A DNA stretch of 56,824 bases, taken from a virus. Lineage: Duplodnaviria; Caudoviricetes. The DNA is taken from IMG/VR virus record IMGVR_UViG_3300023172_000035, positions 1-56,824 of that record. One strand, given 5' to 3'. Under the pieces are notes generated by a model, which saw only the letters and a program-made list of their open reading frames with translations, was not told the origin of the DNA and did not search any database. Shown here piece after piece: positions 36,844-47,752 of this stretch (position 1 is its first letter; each line of letters opens with the position of its first letter). The position numbers and the translations under genes are program-made.

Positions 36844-37869
36844 ATGCCAAGCACTAATAGGTCTAGCATATCGCTGGCCACAGCACACGATATAGTAAGA
36901 GCCTGGAACTTACCAGGGATGAAAAAGCAAAAAGATGTTTTTGAATACTTAGGGCTATCTACAGATTCAGGAACAATGTCTTTTTATAGACAACAAGCAG
37001 AAGAATTAACAGGCATTAAGCTAATGCCACATAACAACAATCGTAATGTAGTTGTAAGAAGTGAACGTCTTAACTTACCACCCCTAACTAATCGTGTAGA
37101 GATAACTGACCACCCATATTCAATGCTGGTATTTTCTGATGCACATTTTGAAGGGCACGAAACAGTATCTTTTAAAATTATGTGTGAAGTATTAAAAGAT
37201 TTAGTTAAAACAAGACAACTTAAATGTGTTGTAGCTAATGGTGATATTATGGATTTATCAGTCTTATCTTCGTTTGCAAAGTTTCACACAGAGATAAGAC
37301 CAAAAGAACGTACAGTACAAAAAGAGATATATGATTCACAAGCTCAAATAAACAAACTTCAAAAGATAATAGATAAAGCTAAATACCCTATTAAGCAAAT
37401 AGCAACCTTTGGTAATCATGAAACTAGATTATCTAAAGTAGCTATGTCTTGGGGTAGAGCCTTTGAAGATTTAGAAGCATTTAAAATACAAACTTTATTT
37501 CCTGATTGGGATTGGGCTATGTCTCATTTAGTAGATGATACAGTTTTAATTAAACATAGAATGAGAGGTGGTGTCCATACTGCATATCAAAACTCTATGA
37601 GGTCAGGTATACATATTGTAACAGGACATACACACCAACTGAACTTTAGAACATTTAACACATATTCCACAACATCAATGTCTATACAGACAGGACACTT
37701 ATCAGAACAATACCATCCTTACCTTGAAGATAATGTAGCTAATGATTGGAACAATGGGTTTGCTGTAATAACTGTTGACCCACAAGAGAAAACAGTTCAT
37801 CCTGAACTAGTACAAGTAAGCAATCTCCATCGTTCAGCATTCTTTAGAGGTAAAAAATACACAGTATGA
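36844..37869 (+). CDS. Calcineurin-like metallophosphoesterase
   Basis: SDAH, NGDIMD, GNHE, KH, GHTH; SD AAGGAG. Confidence 0.9.
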   Translation: MPSTNRSSISLATAHDIVRAWNLPGMKKQKDVFEYLGLSTDSGTMSFYRQQAEELTGIKLMPHNNNRNVVVRSERLNLPPLTNRVEITDHPYSMLVFSDAHFEGHETVSFKIMCEVLKDLVKTRQLKCVVANGDIMDLSVLSSFAKFHTEIRPKERTVQKEIYDSQAQINKLQKIIDKAKYPIKQIATFGNHETRLSKVAMSWGRAFEDLEAFKIQTLFPDWDWAMSHLVDDTVLIKHRMRGGVHTAYQNSMRSGIHIVTGHTHQLNFRTFNTYSTTSMSIQTGHLSEQYHPYLEDNVANDWNNGFAVITVDPQEKTVHPELVQVSNLHRSAFFRGKKYTV

Positions 37870-38147
37870 AAAGGGTTAGGATAGAAAACACAAAAGAAAT
37901 CAAAGAGAAATACCCTATAGTTATCATAGATTGGGAAGATCATACTGCTGACTCTGGGTGGGTAGATGATGTAGATGTTATTGAGCCAGCATATTGTCGT
38001 AGTATAGGGTGGCTTATCAAAGAAACTAAATCAGAATATAAAGTAGCCGACTGTGTTACTGCTGATTCAGGTCAAGGTGGTATTCAATGTATCTTAAAAA
38101 GAACAGTATTAGATATGTGGTATGTTGATATGCTAGATGAGGACTAG
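37866..38147 (+). CDS. Conserved phage hypothetical protein
   Basis: I.WED....SGW...C.SIGWLIKE pattern; ATGA coupling. Confidence 0.7.
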   Translation: MKRVRIENTKEIKEKYPIVIIDWEDHTADSGWVDDVDVIEPAYCRSIGWLIKETKSEYKVADCVTADSGQGGIQCILKRTVLDMWYVDMLDED

Positions 38148-41100
38148 TAATCATTAATTACACTTTCATATGCGTCTAATAAAAACTCTGTTTCAGGTCT
38201 AATATTTTTAGGAGCAAACTTTTTATATCTTTCAACAGCAGGCATTGACCAAGCTTTGTGTGCTCTTCGTGCTGAAGGTAGCCAATTTTTAAACTCAAAT
38301 TCAGTACCTCTAAACTCTCTATTGTGTTCTTTAACTTCTTTTTCAATATACCTCATAGTTTTTTTATCTTTATTTATCTTAGCTTTCACCCAAGCATCTG
38401 TATAAGATTTCTTAATTGATTTAACATAGCCATCTGTTTGTTTACTCATTCTTATAATATCATTCTGATATGTAGCACCAGCTGGGTAGAAGTTTAAAAA
38501 CCTAAATATAGTTTGCATGGTAGAGGCTTCTTTCATTAGCACCTTACCTTCTTTATTTGTAACAGCACCATCGTTAAGGTAAGTAAACCCATCTGATATA
38601 CCTCTAAGTGCACCGAATGGTTGATTCTTTAATACATCAGCCCAAGAAGTTGTTTCATCTTTAAGACCTATAAATTCTGCACCTTGTTGTGACAACAAAC
38701 TCATAGTTGCTACTGACTGTTCAAATGCTGAGAACACAGGACCAAAGAAGTTTTTAGTTTCTTGCCAGTTATCTGATCCTGCTTTACCGGCACCAGTTAG
38801 TGGTATTAAATCACCGAAGCCTAATCTAGTAGACATGGTAGCTCCAAGATAGTAATCTAAAACACCTCTCATAACTATTGGTGATAGCCCTGGTGCAAGT
38901 TCATTTAAGAAATCATTAAGTTGTTTTTCTATAGTAGCTTGTTTAAAACCAAACTTCTGCATTAGCGTATCTGCTAAATCTGATGCATCATCGGCAAAAG
39001 GTAAACCTTTTAGTCCTGACATTAAAACAATTAAACCTATCATATAAGCTTGTTCTTTTACATTTAATTGTCTCATGAGTTCTACAGTAATAACTACAAA
39101 CTGTTTATACATCATGATAAGACCAAGTATAGGTCCTCTAGCCATAGCTGGTCTGTTAAACATTCCATATTCACCTTGAGATGTGTTAACAGCTTTTAAT
39201 GCAAATTCTTCTGCGGCCTTTTGTATTTCATTTTGTTTTAAATCACCAGCTCGTTGTAGCTTATCTCTTTGTAATCTGTATGCTGCTAAGAAAGTTGTTC
39301 TTCTGTTTAATTGTTCTGTAATAGAGAATGTTTTCATCCAAAGTCTAACGAAGCCAGCTAAATTTTTTCTAGCCATTAGTCCACCTCTAGCTGTACCAAC
39401 TAAAGCGTTAAACTGTGCAGCTTGAAGTACACCTTGTTCAGTAGCATCAAGTAGTACTTGAGCTTCATCTTGTGATAAACCATATTTTTCTTGTAGTGCT
39501 TTACCTTCTGGAGTTTTCGCAGCTACTTCTCGAACATGAGATAGTTGCTCTAGTTTTAAATTTTTTACATTGCGAAGTGCTTTTAGTATAGCTGCATTTG
39601 AGTTCATTAAACCAAACCCACCACCATATCCAGTCTTAGGATTATATGTAGCTAGGAAAGGAACACTATGGGTAGCCATTGATATCATATTTATCATACC
39701 TGTAGCTACAGATCCACCAAGTTGTGAAGTTACTGTTAGTAATTTAAAACCAGAACCTACTTCACCCGCTAAAAAGTCTTCTGTAGATACATCTATTTTT
39801 CCAGCTTGGCCATAGTAATCTACTAACCCTGAAGCAACATCTCTATAACTTCTACCTTCTCCTTCAGTTTTAACCTGTACTGCTTCTCTGTTCCTACCAC
39901 TACCTTTATATACAGTAATAGTTTCGCCTGTTACATCACCAGCTGAATATCTATACATATTTGCATAAGAATCGTACTGTTGTTGAGCAATTTTTATTTG
40001 GTCATCGTTACCTGTACGCTCAACGTTTTCCATTTTTTCTTTTAGTCTGTTTAGTTTGTTCTTATCACCCATCCACAGTTTATTATCTGTTGTATATCTG
40101 TTTAATTTATGTGAATAAAACACTTTACCAGCCGAATGAGACATGGTTTCTAGATGTTCTGATACACTTCTTATTACATCTGTATCCCAACCTCCTGTAC
40201 CTGAACGTTGTAAACTTCTTCTTGCTCTATCAGATTGTTTAGTTAAAGCAGTAGTTACCTTCTTCATTTGCTCTGTTTTTAAATTTATATTTAGTCTAAC
40301 TAAGATACTGGTGAACTCATCTAAATTCATAGAACTTGCAAGTGGAGCAGACTCACCGACTCTACTAGTTTCTGGTCTTAGATTTACTTCAACATCTTGT
40401 AAGTTTTTATCTTTAAATTTATATTTAGTATCACTGAAGTCTTCTATTAATCCCTGTGCAAGATCTCGTGCATCTTTTTTAGAGCCAACTTGGTAGTATG
40501 GCAATACACTTTTAGTGTGGTCATCAAGTTCTATTTCATTACCGTTATCATCAAATGCTCTAAGTGTTACTTGATATTCACCACGTCTAGTAAATGGTAC
40601 ATATGCACCCATGATAGTACGTTTAGCATTGAACTCATTGTTTACATTTTTTAAATCTAATATTAATAAATTTTCTATGATTTTAGTTAGTTTTTTTGCA
40701 TCTGTTGAATTTCCTGAATATATTTGGTGAAGTTGTTGTAGACTATTTACAACATCAGTAAATCCTTCACTACCTCTTTCTAATATAGGAACTTCATTAG
40801 TATCACCACTAACCCAGTCATTAAGTTTTTTTGGTTCCCATAAAGCACGGTTAACATCTCGTAAAAAACGTTCTGCTGCTTTTTGTGATTCAGGGGCATA
40901 CCTTATACCCACACCATCTAACGTTGAGTTTTCAGAATATATTTCTATATACTTATCTAGTATTGCTTTAGCTGCAGCTTCATCTTGTACAGTAGATCCG
41001 ATGCCTCGTTTGTTTTCTGCAACATCTCTTACTAGTTTTAGTATGTCTTGTTTTTCTACTTCAATAGCTTCTAAGTTAGACTCTAATAAATCTTTGGCTG

Positions 41101-44100
41101 CTTCGTTTACAGTGTTTCTATTTTCCTCAAATATTTTGTATATCCTATCTGTTATTTGAAACTTTGGTTTATATGCAAATGCTGCACCATTTACATTAGG
41201 TGTGCCGTCTTCTAATATATCTAACACAACATCAAATCCATTTTCTAATTCTTCTTTACTCGGCATATTATCTTTTTTCATTTTATCAAAGACAGCTTTA
41301 TTAATAACACGCTCACCAAATTTATTAGTTGTAACTAAAGATTCAGCTTCGTTTATAGAATTTTGAGTTATACCTTTACTTTTAAATAAAGCATAGAAAG
41401 CTAACAGCTCACCAGCTTGAGTTAGTTCATCATTGGTAGGACCATCAGCATCTATTAATCCTGCACTTAATTTATCAAGAATTTTATTCTTTAGAGTGTG
41501 AGTAAACTTCGTCATATCTTGATAGTTTTGCTGGTACATTCTTGTTCTTGCTGTTTGACCTTGGAATAGAGCAAAGATTTTAGATAGCCCTTCACTACGC
41601 AAAGCAATGTTATCTAGTGTCTGTAATTTTTCTAACTGTTTACCAAACCACTTAGCTACATCCTTAGGTGAATCACTATCATATAATTTTTTACCTTTTT
41701 GTTTTGCTTTATCAAAGAAAGATTTGAAGTTTAAGATGCCAGCTGGCTCACCACTTATGTTTATCATTTGATTTGCTAATGATTTACCAGCTACAGATGT
41801 AGATGACTCTACATAGTAACGACCATAACTGCTTTCGTTTCTTATTCTTTCTATATTCTTTGCCATTTGACGTACCGTTACAACTCCACTACCGCCTGTA
41901 CGTAAGTTCTTACGAGATTGATATACTAAATATCTTGTCATCTCATCACTGAAAGTCATAAAAGGTATGTAATCTTTACCAGAACCAAATGCTCTACTTA
42001 TAAAGTTTTTAATAGCATTCCAAAATCTTGCAAGTATGTGTGAATCAACGTGAGCTGCATAATCAGCTAAAACTTCTTCTATAGCCTCATATCTTTCTTC
42101 ACCATTATTCATACGTATATTTGCTTTTGCTTTTATAGAAGGGTCACTTTCATATATGTCATCAAGAATTAGTTTTAATTCTCCTTTAGGTACAAACGCA
42201 CTAAACCCAAAATGTCCTAATGCTTCATGAGCTATAACACTACGAAGTGTTTGTTCGTCTTTAATGAAGTCTGTGAATATTATTATCTGATCACTAAAAG
42301 AATATCCTAACGCATTGACAGTAGCAAAATCTTCTCTAGCTGCAACTGCTCTATCGTATAATTTAGGATTAGTATCTCTTAAATCATCTCTGTTTTTAAC
42401 TACAGTAACTTTAGGTTTTGTCTCAAGTTTTTGTAGTACTTGTTTAACTATCAATTGTGCTTTACCTTTAGGTACTGGTTGAGTAATTTTTGTACCATCA
42501 TATCTATAGAAGTCACCTGTCTCAGAATCAGCCTCATCTATAATTTCATCAAACGAAGGAGCTGCTTTTTTAGACACAGGCTTAGGTATAAATCTTTGTG
42601 TCCCATCTATATTTGAAATACCTAAATTTAAATTACCTTGATTATCAAAGTAATCTTTTAGTTTAACCCCGTTCATCATAAACTCTGGGTTTGCTTGGTC
42701 AAATAAATCTTCTATATCTATAATACTACGAACTTTTTTACCTTTGTTAGCACCTTTAGTAACAGTTTTATTAATGATTAGATCTTTAGGTTTACCACTT
42801 ATATGACTGTCTATTAAATTAACAAGTTTTTGTGTAGCTAGCTCTTCAGTTAATATTGTAGGTTCTTGAGTTGTATCACCAACGACACCTGTAACTGGTT
42901 CTTGTGTTGCCCTCATTTCAGATGGTAGGCCTATTATTTTACCATCTCTTTTACTTATGATTGCATTTAAAGCTGAAAGTTTATCTTCAGCTATGATTGC
43001 CCAATCTGATTTAACACCTCTTGTTTGATAAGTAAGACTTCCACGTTCTGATATAACATCAATAAATTCTTCTCTTAATATGTTTAACTGTTGGTCTGAA
43101 AAGTTTGTAAGAAGTAGAAAGTCATTAACAAATTTACGTTCTGACTTACCTCCTAGTATATCTCTATTAGTATTAGGGTTTGGATTATCAGAACCATAAG
43201 CTATATCTATCATATCTCTTATAGTCTCTCTAAGCATTTGTTCATCAGAAGTAGTATTACCTTCCAACTCTTCTATTAACATTTGTTGTTCTATTAATCG
43301 TTCTGCATTTGGCAGATTTGCTTTTTGCTCATCAAACTCTCTTAAAGCTGCTGATGTATATTTACTTCTTAGTTTAGCCATGTTCATTTCAGGCCTTGTA
43401 AATGATGGGTCACTTCCAAACTGTTGTTTAAGTTCTGGTGATATAGCATCGTAACTTAAAACTGTACCTAAAGATGCCCATACGGTGGCTGGATCTCTAG
43501 TAGGTTTAGGAGGTGTTACTACACGATTTTCCCTCGCCCTATCGGTTGATTCTTGAACTTGTTCTTTGCGATCTTGCCTACCCCTTTTAAGCTGTTCTGC
43601 TTTCGATTCTTGTCTCGTAGTCGTGCTTCCAGCTTGAGCTTGTCCTTGGTCTTCTTGATCTTCTCTGGTAGTTTTAGCAACTGCTGGTTGCTCGTCTCTT
43701 TCTCGAACTCCTTCGCCACGTCTGGTCGGTTCTTGCGTAACCACCTCATCTGTGCCTTGCTCTTGAACGGCATCTTGTGTACCTCCTGTTGTTACTGCTG
43801 CAGCTGTAGCGGCAGCTTGATTTTCTAATATTTTAGTTTGTGCTTCGGCTTGTTTTACTCTTTCAGCTTCTAGTTTTTCAGCAGTTTTTCTACGTTTAGC
43901 TTCTTCTCTTTCAGCTTGTTTTAGAATTTTTGCATTTCGTTTATTTAATTCGTCTCTTTGTTTTTGCTCATTAACAATTTGTTGTAGTTTATTATCTTGT
44001 TCTGCTGTTGTAGTCATATTAGCTTCACGCCTACTAATAGCAGCTGTAACAGCTTGAAGGTCTTTATCTTCTCTTTTGGTTAATTTTTTCTTACCTACTA

Positions 44101-46225
44101 GTCTGTCTCTTTGAGCTATTAACTCTTGTTGGTCAAGAGTGCTTAAAGTTCTACCTGTTTTTAATTTATATAAATCATTGTTTATATCTGTTTCTGGTTT
44201 AACTTGAGTTTGGGACTGGCCAGAGGGAGTGCTATCGAGTAGAGGGGTTTGAGTCTTCTGACCAGCCTGTTGTACTGTTTGTAAAATCGGATTAGGTGCA
44301 GGTGCATCTACAGTTTCAGCAACATTAAAATCTGTTATGGGTGTAGGAGTAGCTGTTGTAGTTTCTATAGGTGTAGGAGTAGCCGTTGTAGTTTCGGGTG
44401 TTGTAGGAGTAGGTTGTCTTCTTCTATTTCTAGCACGACCTGTTGGTGTAAGTAAACTTCCTTGCCCTGTTGGTACCGTAGGAATTTGAACATTAGGTTC
44501 AACCGTTGCATCTTGAGTCGGTGATGCTTGTAAAGTTGTAACACCCGTATCACCAGCCACTGTAACTGGGGTTGGTTGAGCTTCTGGTGTAACCACAGGT
44601 GTAGCAACAGCAGAAGCAGTAGGTTGTGGTGCTACCCCTGTTTGATTTCTCCTAAGGTCTCTACTTCTTGATACTACTTCAGAACCAAATAATGGTATCT
44701 GTCCGCCTTTTTCTGTTTTAGGTTCATCAGTAGTTTTATCTTTATTGTTTGGCTCTGCGTCTTTGTTACCTTCTGGGTTTAATACATCAGCAACCTTATC
44801 TGTTTTAAGATTTGCAATACCACCGATAGGACCACCAATTGCAAAACCTGCTGCAAACGCATTGAGTAATCTTCTAAATGTACCAGCATCTCCCAACTGG
44901 TCTGTACCACCTAGTAATATAGATTCTTGTGCTAATTCAGTAGCACCTTCTAATGCACCACCAACTGCAATACCTTCACCAGCTCGTCTGATAAGACTCT
45001 TAGGACCACGTTTTAAAGCAGAACTACCCTTTTTAAATTTAGCTGGGTTTAAGCCTAATACTTTACTTGCTAAAAGAAATTCGGGTATAACTTCAGCCGC
45101 AGCATATGGGAACGAACCTATAAAAGCTGTGCCTCTATCACCAACACCTGTCTCTAATACTTCACCATAGATATCAGCTTGGCCTAATTGTTGACCTCCA
45201 AGTATAGATGCACCTGCTGCACCACCTATACGAGCTTGAGTTGCACCAGCTTTTTCTGCTATTTTAAACCCAGCATATTCTGCAGCTTTTCTATTCTCTT
45301 TACCCGTAAATGGATTGTTATACTTAACATCGTTTTTAACTTTTGTTGCACCAGCCATACCTGATACTTCACGAAGAAGTTTTTTCTCGGCAGTAGTCAT
45401 TGGCTGCTTTAAAGCATATTTTTTAGCAGCAGCTAATACACCTTGCTTAAATGATTCTTTGCCTGCTAGTGCACTTAAAGCACCACCGAATGCTGAGAAA
45501 GGATTCGCACCACCACCAGCTAGCCCACCAATTACACCACCAGCTAAAGCTACAACCAGAGATTCAAATATCATAGGACCTTGTTGTGCTAAGTTTGCTA
45601 CAAACCAATCTACTAATTCATTAGTTCCTTTATCAAATTTACCAGCTTCGTTTAAAAACTCTCTTTGAAATGGTTGGTTTTTATATAAATCTGTTAGTGC
45701 TTCATCAACCCACTCTTTGCCTGTCTCTTCTTTACCGTAGAATTGTAGGCCTCTACCAGTAAGTAACTTTAGATTGTCCATACCAATTTCCAAGTTTCTA
45801 AGAGCTAGTGTACCTGTACTAGGATTTTTTATATCTTGTATGTAACTAGTAAAAGTTTCTGGACTAACTCTAACCCAGTCTTGTGCTACGTCCATCGGAG
45901 CTTCAGCTGTAGGTTGTGATAAAAATTGTTTTGCATCAAGTGCTGATTGATAATCATCAATGTCAAAGGTAGCTCCATTGACAAACATCTTTTGTTTTGA
46001 TGGGCTAAATAATACTTGGGGGCCTAAGTTTACTTGTTCAGGCTCTTCAAGCTGTGATGTATCAGTAACAATATCAAGTAAAGCAGATGACTGAGCTAAA
46101 TCTTGATCTGCTTGGTTAGAGAAGTTACTAGAAGTATATGGGCTAGCTGGAATGCCAGAAGCCACAGCATCTGAAGCTGTGATATTCGCAGGTATCTGTG
46201 GTGTTAAACCTACTTTATCTACCAT
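38144..46225 (-). CDS. Giant internal virion/DNA-ejection (polyvalent) protein, 2693 aa
   Basis: Last late gene; Gly/Ala hydrophobic N-region, Pro/Thr linker, zincin-like HEALGH, helical C-terminus. Confidence 0.8.
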   Translation of the reverse strand: MVDKVGLTPQIPANITASDAVASGIPASPYTSSNFSNQADQDLAQSSALLDIVTDTSQLEEPEQVNLGPQVLFSPSKQKMFVNGATFDIDDYQSALDAKQFLSQPTAEAPMDVAQDWVRVSPETFTSYIQDIKNPSTGTLALRNLEIGMDNLKLLTGRGLQFYGKEETGKEWVDEALTDLYKNQPFQREFLNEAGKFDKGTNELVDWFVANLAQQGPMIFESLVVALAGGVIGGLAGGGANPFSAFGGALSALAGKESFKQGVLAAAKKYALKQPMTTAEKKLLREVSGMAGATKVKNDVKYNNPFTGKENRKAAEYAGFKIAEKAGATQARIGGAAGASILGGQQLGQADIYGEVLETGVGDRGTAFIGSFPYAAAEVIPEFLLASKVLGLNPAKFKKGSSALKRGPKSLIRRAGEGIAVGGALEGATELAQESILLGGTDQLGDAGTFRRLLNAFAAGFAIGGPIGGIANLKTDKVADVLNPEGNKDAEPNNKDKTTDEPKTEKGGQIPLFGSEVVSRSRDLRRNQTGVAPQPTASAVATPVVTPEAQPTPVTVAGDTGVTTLQASPTQDATVEPNVQIPTVPTGQGSLLTPTGRARNRRRQPTPTTPETTTATPTPIETTTATPTPITDFNVAETVDAPAPNPILQTVQQAGQKTQTPLLDSTPSGQSQTQVKPETDINNDLYKLKTGRTLSTLDQQELIAQRDRLVGKKKLTKREDKDLQAVTAAISRREANMTTTAEQDNKLQQIVNEQKQRDELNKRNAKILKQAEREEAKRRKTAEKLEAERVKQAEAQTKILENQAAATAAAVTTGGTQDAVQEQGTDEVVTQEPTRRGEGVRERDEQPAVAKTTREDQEDQGQAQAGSTTTRQESKAEQLKRGRQDRKEQVQESTDRARENRVVTPPKPTRDPATVWASLGTVLSYDAISPELKQQFGSDPSFTRPEMNMAKLRSKYTSAALREFDEQKANLPNAERLIEQQMLIEELEGNTTSDEQMLRETIRDMIDIAYGSDNPNPNTNRDILGGKSERKFVNDFLLLTNFSDQQLNILREEFIDVISERGSLTYQTRGVKSDWAIIAEDKLSALNAIISKRDGKIIGLPSEMRATQEPVTGVVGDTTQEPTILTEELATQKLVNLIDSHISGKPKDLIINKTVTKGANKGKKVRSIIDIEDLFDQANPEFMMNGVKLKDYFDNQGNLNLGISNIDGTQRFIPKPVSKKAAPSFDEIIDEADSETGDFYRYDGTKITQPVPKGKAQLIVKQVLQKLETKPKVTVVKNRDDLRDTNPKLYDRAVAAREDFATVNALGYSFSDQIIIFTDFIKDEQTLRSVIAHEALGHFGFSAFVPKGELKLILDDIYESDPSIKAKANIRMNNGEERYEAIEEVLADYAAHVDSHILARFWNAIKNFISRAFGSGKDYIPFMTFSDEMTRYLVYQSRKNLRTGGSGVVTVRQMAKNIERIRNESSYGRYYVESSTSVAGKSLANQMINISGEPAGILNFKSFFDKAKQKGKKLYDSDSPKDVAKWFGKQLEKLQTLDNIALRSEGLSKIFALFQGQTARTRMYQQNYQDMTKFTHTLKNKILDKLSAGLIDADGPTNDELTQAGELLAFYALFKSKGITQNSINEAESLVTTNKFGERVINKAVFDKMKKDNMPSKEELENGFDVVLDILEDGTPNVNGAAFAYKPKFQITDRIYKIFEENRNTVNEAAKDLLESNLEAIEVEKQDILKLVRDVAENKRGIGSTVQDEAAAKAILDKYIEIYSENSTLDGVGIRYAPESQKAAERFLRDVNRALWEPKKLNDWVSGDTNEVPILERGSEGFTDVVNSLQQLHQIYSGNSTDAKKLTKIIENLLILDLKNVNNEFNAKRTIMGAYVPFTRRGEYQVTLRAFDDNGNEIELDDHTKSVLPYYQVGSKKDARDLAQGLIEDFSDTKYKFKDKNLQDVEVNLRPETSRVGESAPLASSMNLDEFTSILVRLNINLKTEQMKKVTTALTKQSDRARRSLQRSGTGGWDTDVIRSVSEHLETMSHSAGKVFYSHKLNRYTTDNKLWMGDKNKLNRLKEKMENVERTGNDDQIKIAQQQYDSYANMYRYSAGDVTGETITVYKGSGRNREAVQVKTEGEGRSYRDVASGLVDYYGQAGKIDVSTEDFLAGEVGSGFKLLTVTSQLGGSVATGMINMISMATHSVPFLATYNPKTGYGGGFGLMNSNAAILKALRNVKNLKLEQLSHVREVAAKTPEGKALQEKYGLSQDEAQVLLDATEQGVLQAAQFNALVGTARGGLMARKNLAGFVRLWMKTFSITEQLNRRTTFLAAYRLQRDKLQRAGDLKQNEIQKAAEEFALKAVNTSQGEYGMFNRPAMARGPILGLIMMYKQFVVITVELMRQLNVKEQAYMIGLIVLMSGLKGLPFADDASDLADTLMQKFGFKQATIEKQLNDFLNELAPGLSPIVMRGVLDYYLGATMSTRLGFGDLIPLTGAGKAGSDNWQETKNFFGPVFSAFEQSVATMSLLSQQGAEFIGLKDETTSWADVLKNQPFGALRGISDGFTYLNDGAVTNKEGKVLMKEASTMQTIFRFLNFYPAGATYQNDIIRMSKQTDGYVKSIKKSYTDAWVKAKINKDKKTMRYIEKEVKEHNREFRGTEFEFKNWLPSARRAHKAWSMPAVERYKKFAPKNIRPETEFLLDAYESVINDY
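43519..43773 (-). CDS. Nested out-of-frame small basic protein (MPFKSKAQ... type)
   Basis: AGGAGGT 7 nt before the ATG; N-terminus resembles a widespread stand-alone phage protein family (from memory). Confidence 0.6.
   Translation of the reverse strand: MPFKSKAQMRWLRKNRPDVAKEFEKETSNQQLLKLPEKIKKTKDKLKLEARLRDKNRKQNSLKGVGKIAKNKFKNQPIGRGKIV
44340..44412. repeat. 30-bp tandem repeat encoding (E)TTTATPTP
   Basis: GGTGTAGGAGTAGC.GTTGTAGTTTC twice plus a partial third copy. Confidence 0.85.
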
Positions 46226-46237
46226 ATTACTTTCTAC

Positions 46238-47752
46238 CTACTGAGTTTTATCACCATATGCCATTTCATATGGATTAGCTTTTATAAAATTACCTTCTCT
46301 ATAGTCTATTGGTTTTAATCTATAATTAGTTTGCTCAACATCACCAATTTTTGTTTCAAATTCTTCTACTGCGAAAACTTTACCACCTTTTTCTATATAT
46401 GGTTCTCCACCAACGTTTACAACTTTAGCTCCTTGATCTGCTTCTTTCTGTAGCATTATCTTCATTTTTTCTGTTTTAGCATTTGCTACTGCTATTTGTA
46501 ATTCTTTAGCAATATCTAAATTAGACTTAAATTTCTGCATTGCCATCTCAGCATTAGACTTAGCAACTTGTTGTTTGTAAGTTGAATCAAATTGTAAACG
46601 TAATTGTGCAGATAATTCGTTAAGGGTTACTTCCTCACTAGATAATTCACCATCTACATACACGTCAAATTTATCGTCATCTCTTTTTACAATTTCAGTT
46701 TGATTTGCAGAGTAAGCAGATGCAACTTTTGATGCACGACCTGTACTACCTCGTGCTAAATCATTTATTCCTTGCATACCTTCTAGATATAATATTTGTT
46801 TATCATGGTTGCCTACTATACCTTTATATTGATCAGCAATATTTCTGACTTTTTTATAAGAGTCAAGATCAGCCATGGAGCCTGAATTTTGATATACTGC
46901 ATAATACTGTTGAGCTAATCTATAATATCTATTAGCTTCTTCTGCATTAGACTTCCTACTATCTAGTTCTTTTTTAATATCTATTCCTATACCACTTGGG
47001 TTCTTCATATATTTTTTAGATCTTTTGGTATAATCTTCACGAACTCTTTCATCAGCAGTTTGAATTTTTTCAGACACATCTCCGTCTTTTTGAAGTCCTA
47101 ATTTTTTACCATCAGATACTCTTACAACTCTACCTGTGTTATCTATTTTTACTTCTTTCTCTTTTTGAAATTCTTCTATACTAGGTGGTGTATCTTCTGA
47201 TAGCTTACCAGTAAACAAACCAGGTAATTGATCTCCTGGTTTAAAAGTTTGATAGTCAGCTTGCCCTGCTATATCCCTAGATAAGACAGATTTATCTGTC
47301 ATTTTAACATCTGTAAACTTAGGTCCTAACCCAATAAACATACCTCTTGTTCCAGAACCAAATCTAGGTAAGCCTAAACCTACATTTTGTTTTTGCCTTG
47401 CAGCTTGTTCTAATACAATATTTCTTGGTAGAGATGGAGAGCCTGCGAAATCTGCATCTTGCTCTCTAAGCATTCTATCTTGTTCACTACCAGAGACAGT
47501 TTTATATGGGCCTGTAGCTCCTTCAACGGGCATTTGCCTTAGCCCCGCTGATTGTGGTGCAGATAAATCAGGTGCATCAGGAATAAAAGAAGTTTGTTGT
47601 TGTTCTTGTGCTTTTCTTATTCTATCTCTAATCTCTTCAGCATCAATCCTAGCTTGATTCTGTCTTTGTATCTGAGCTAATTCATTATAACCTTTAGCAG
47701 CAGTTATATAAGCATTTGGGTCTAATGTTAATCCCGTTTTAAATATACTCAT
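46238..47752 (-). CDS. Putative ejection/internal virion protein
   Basis: Gln/Ala/Lys-rich helical protein; position before the giant gene. Confidence 0.6.
   Translation of the reverse strand: MSIFKTGLTLDPNAYITAAKGYNELAQIQRQNQARIDAEEIRDRIRKAQEQQQTSFIPDAPDLSAPQSAGLRQMPVEGATGPYKTVSGSEQDRMLREQDADFAGSPSLPRNIVLEQAARQKQNVGLGLPRFGSGTRGMFIGLGPKFTDVKMTDKSVLSRDIAGQADYQTFKPGDQLPGLFTGKLSEDTPPSIEEFQKEKEVKIDNTGRVVRVSDGKKLGLQKDGDVSEKIQTADERVREDYTKRSKKYMKNPSGIGIDIKKELDSRKSNAEEANRYYRLAQQYYAVYQNSGSMADLDSYKKVRNIADQYKGIVGNHDKQILYLEGMQGINDLARGSTGRASKVASAYSANQTEIVKRDDDKFDVYVDGELSSEEVTLNELSAQLRLQFDSTYKQQVAKSNAEMAMQKFKSNLDIAKELQIAVANAKTEKMKIMLQKEADQGAKVVNVGGEPYIEKGGKVFAVEEFETKIGDVEQTNYRLKPIDYREGNFIKANPYEMAYGDKTQ

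Noticed and set aside
44365-44607. Second nested ORF in the giant gene
   Set aside because: No SD, and the Leu/Gln/His-rich product is the expected shadow of a Pro/Thr/Ala linker
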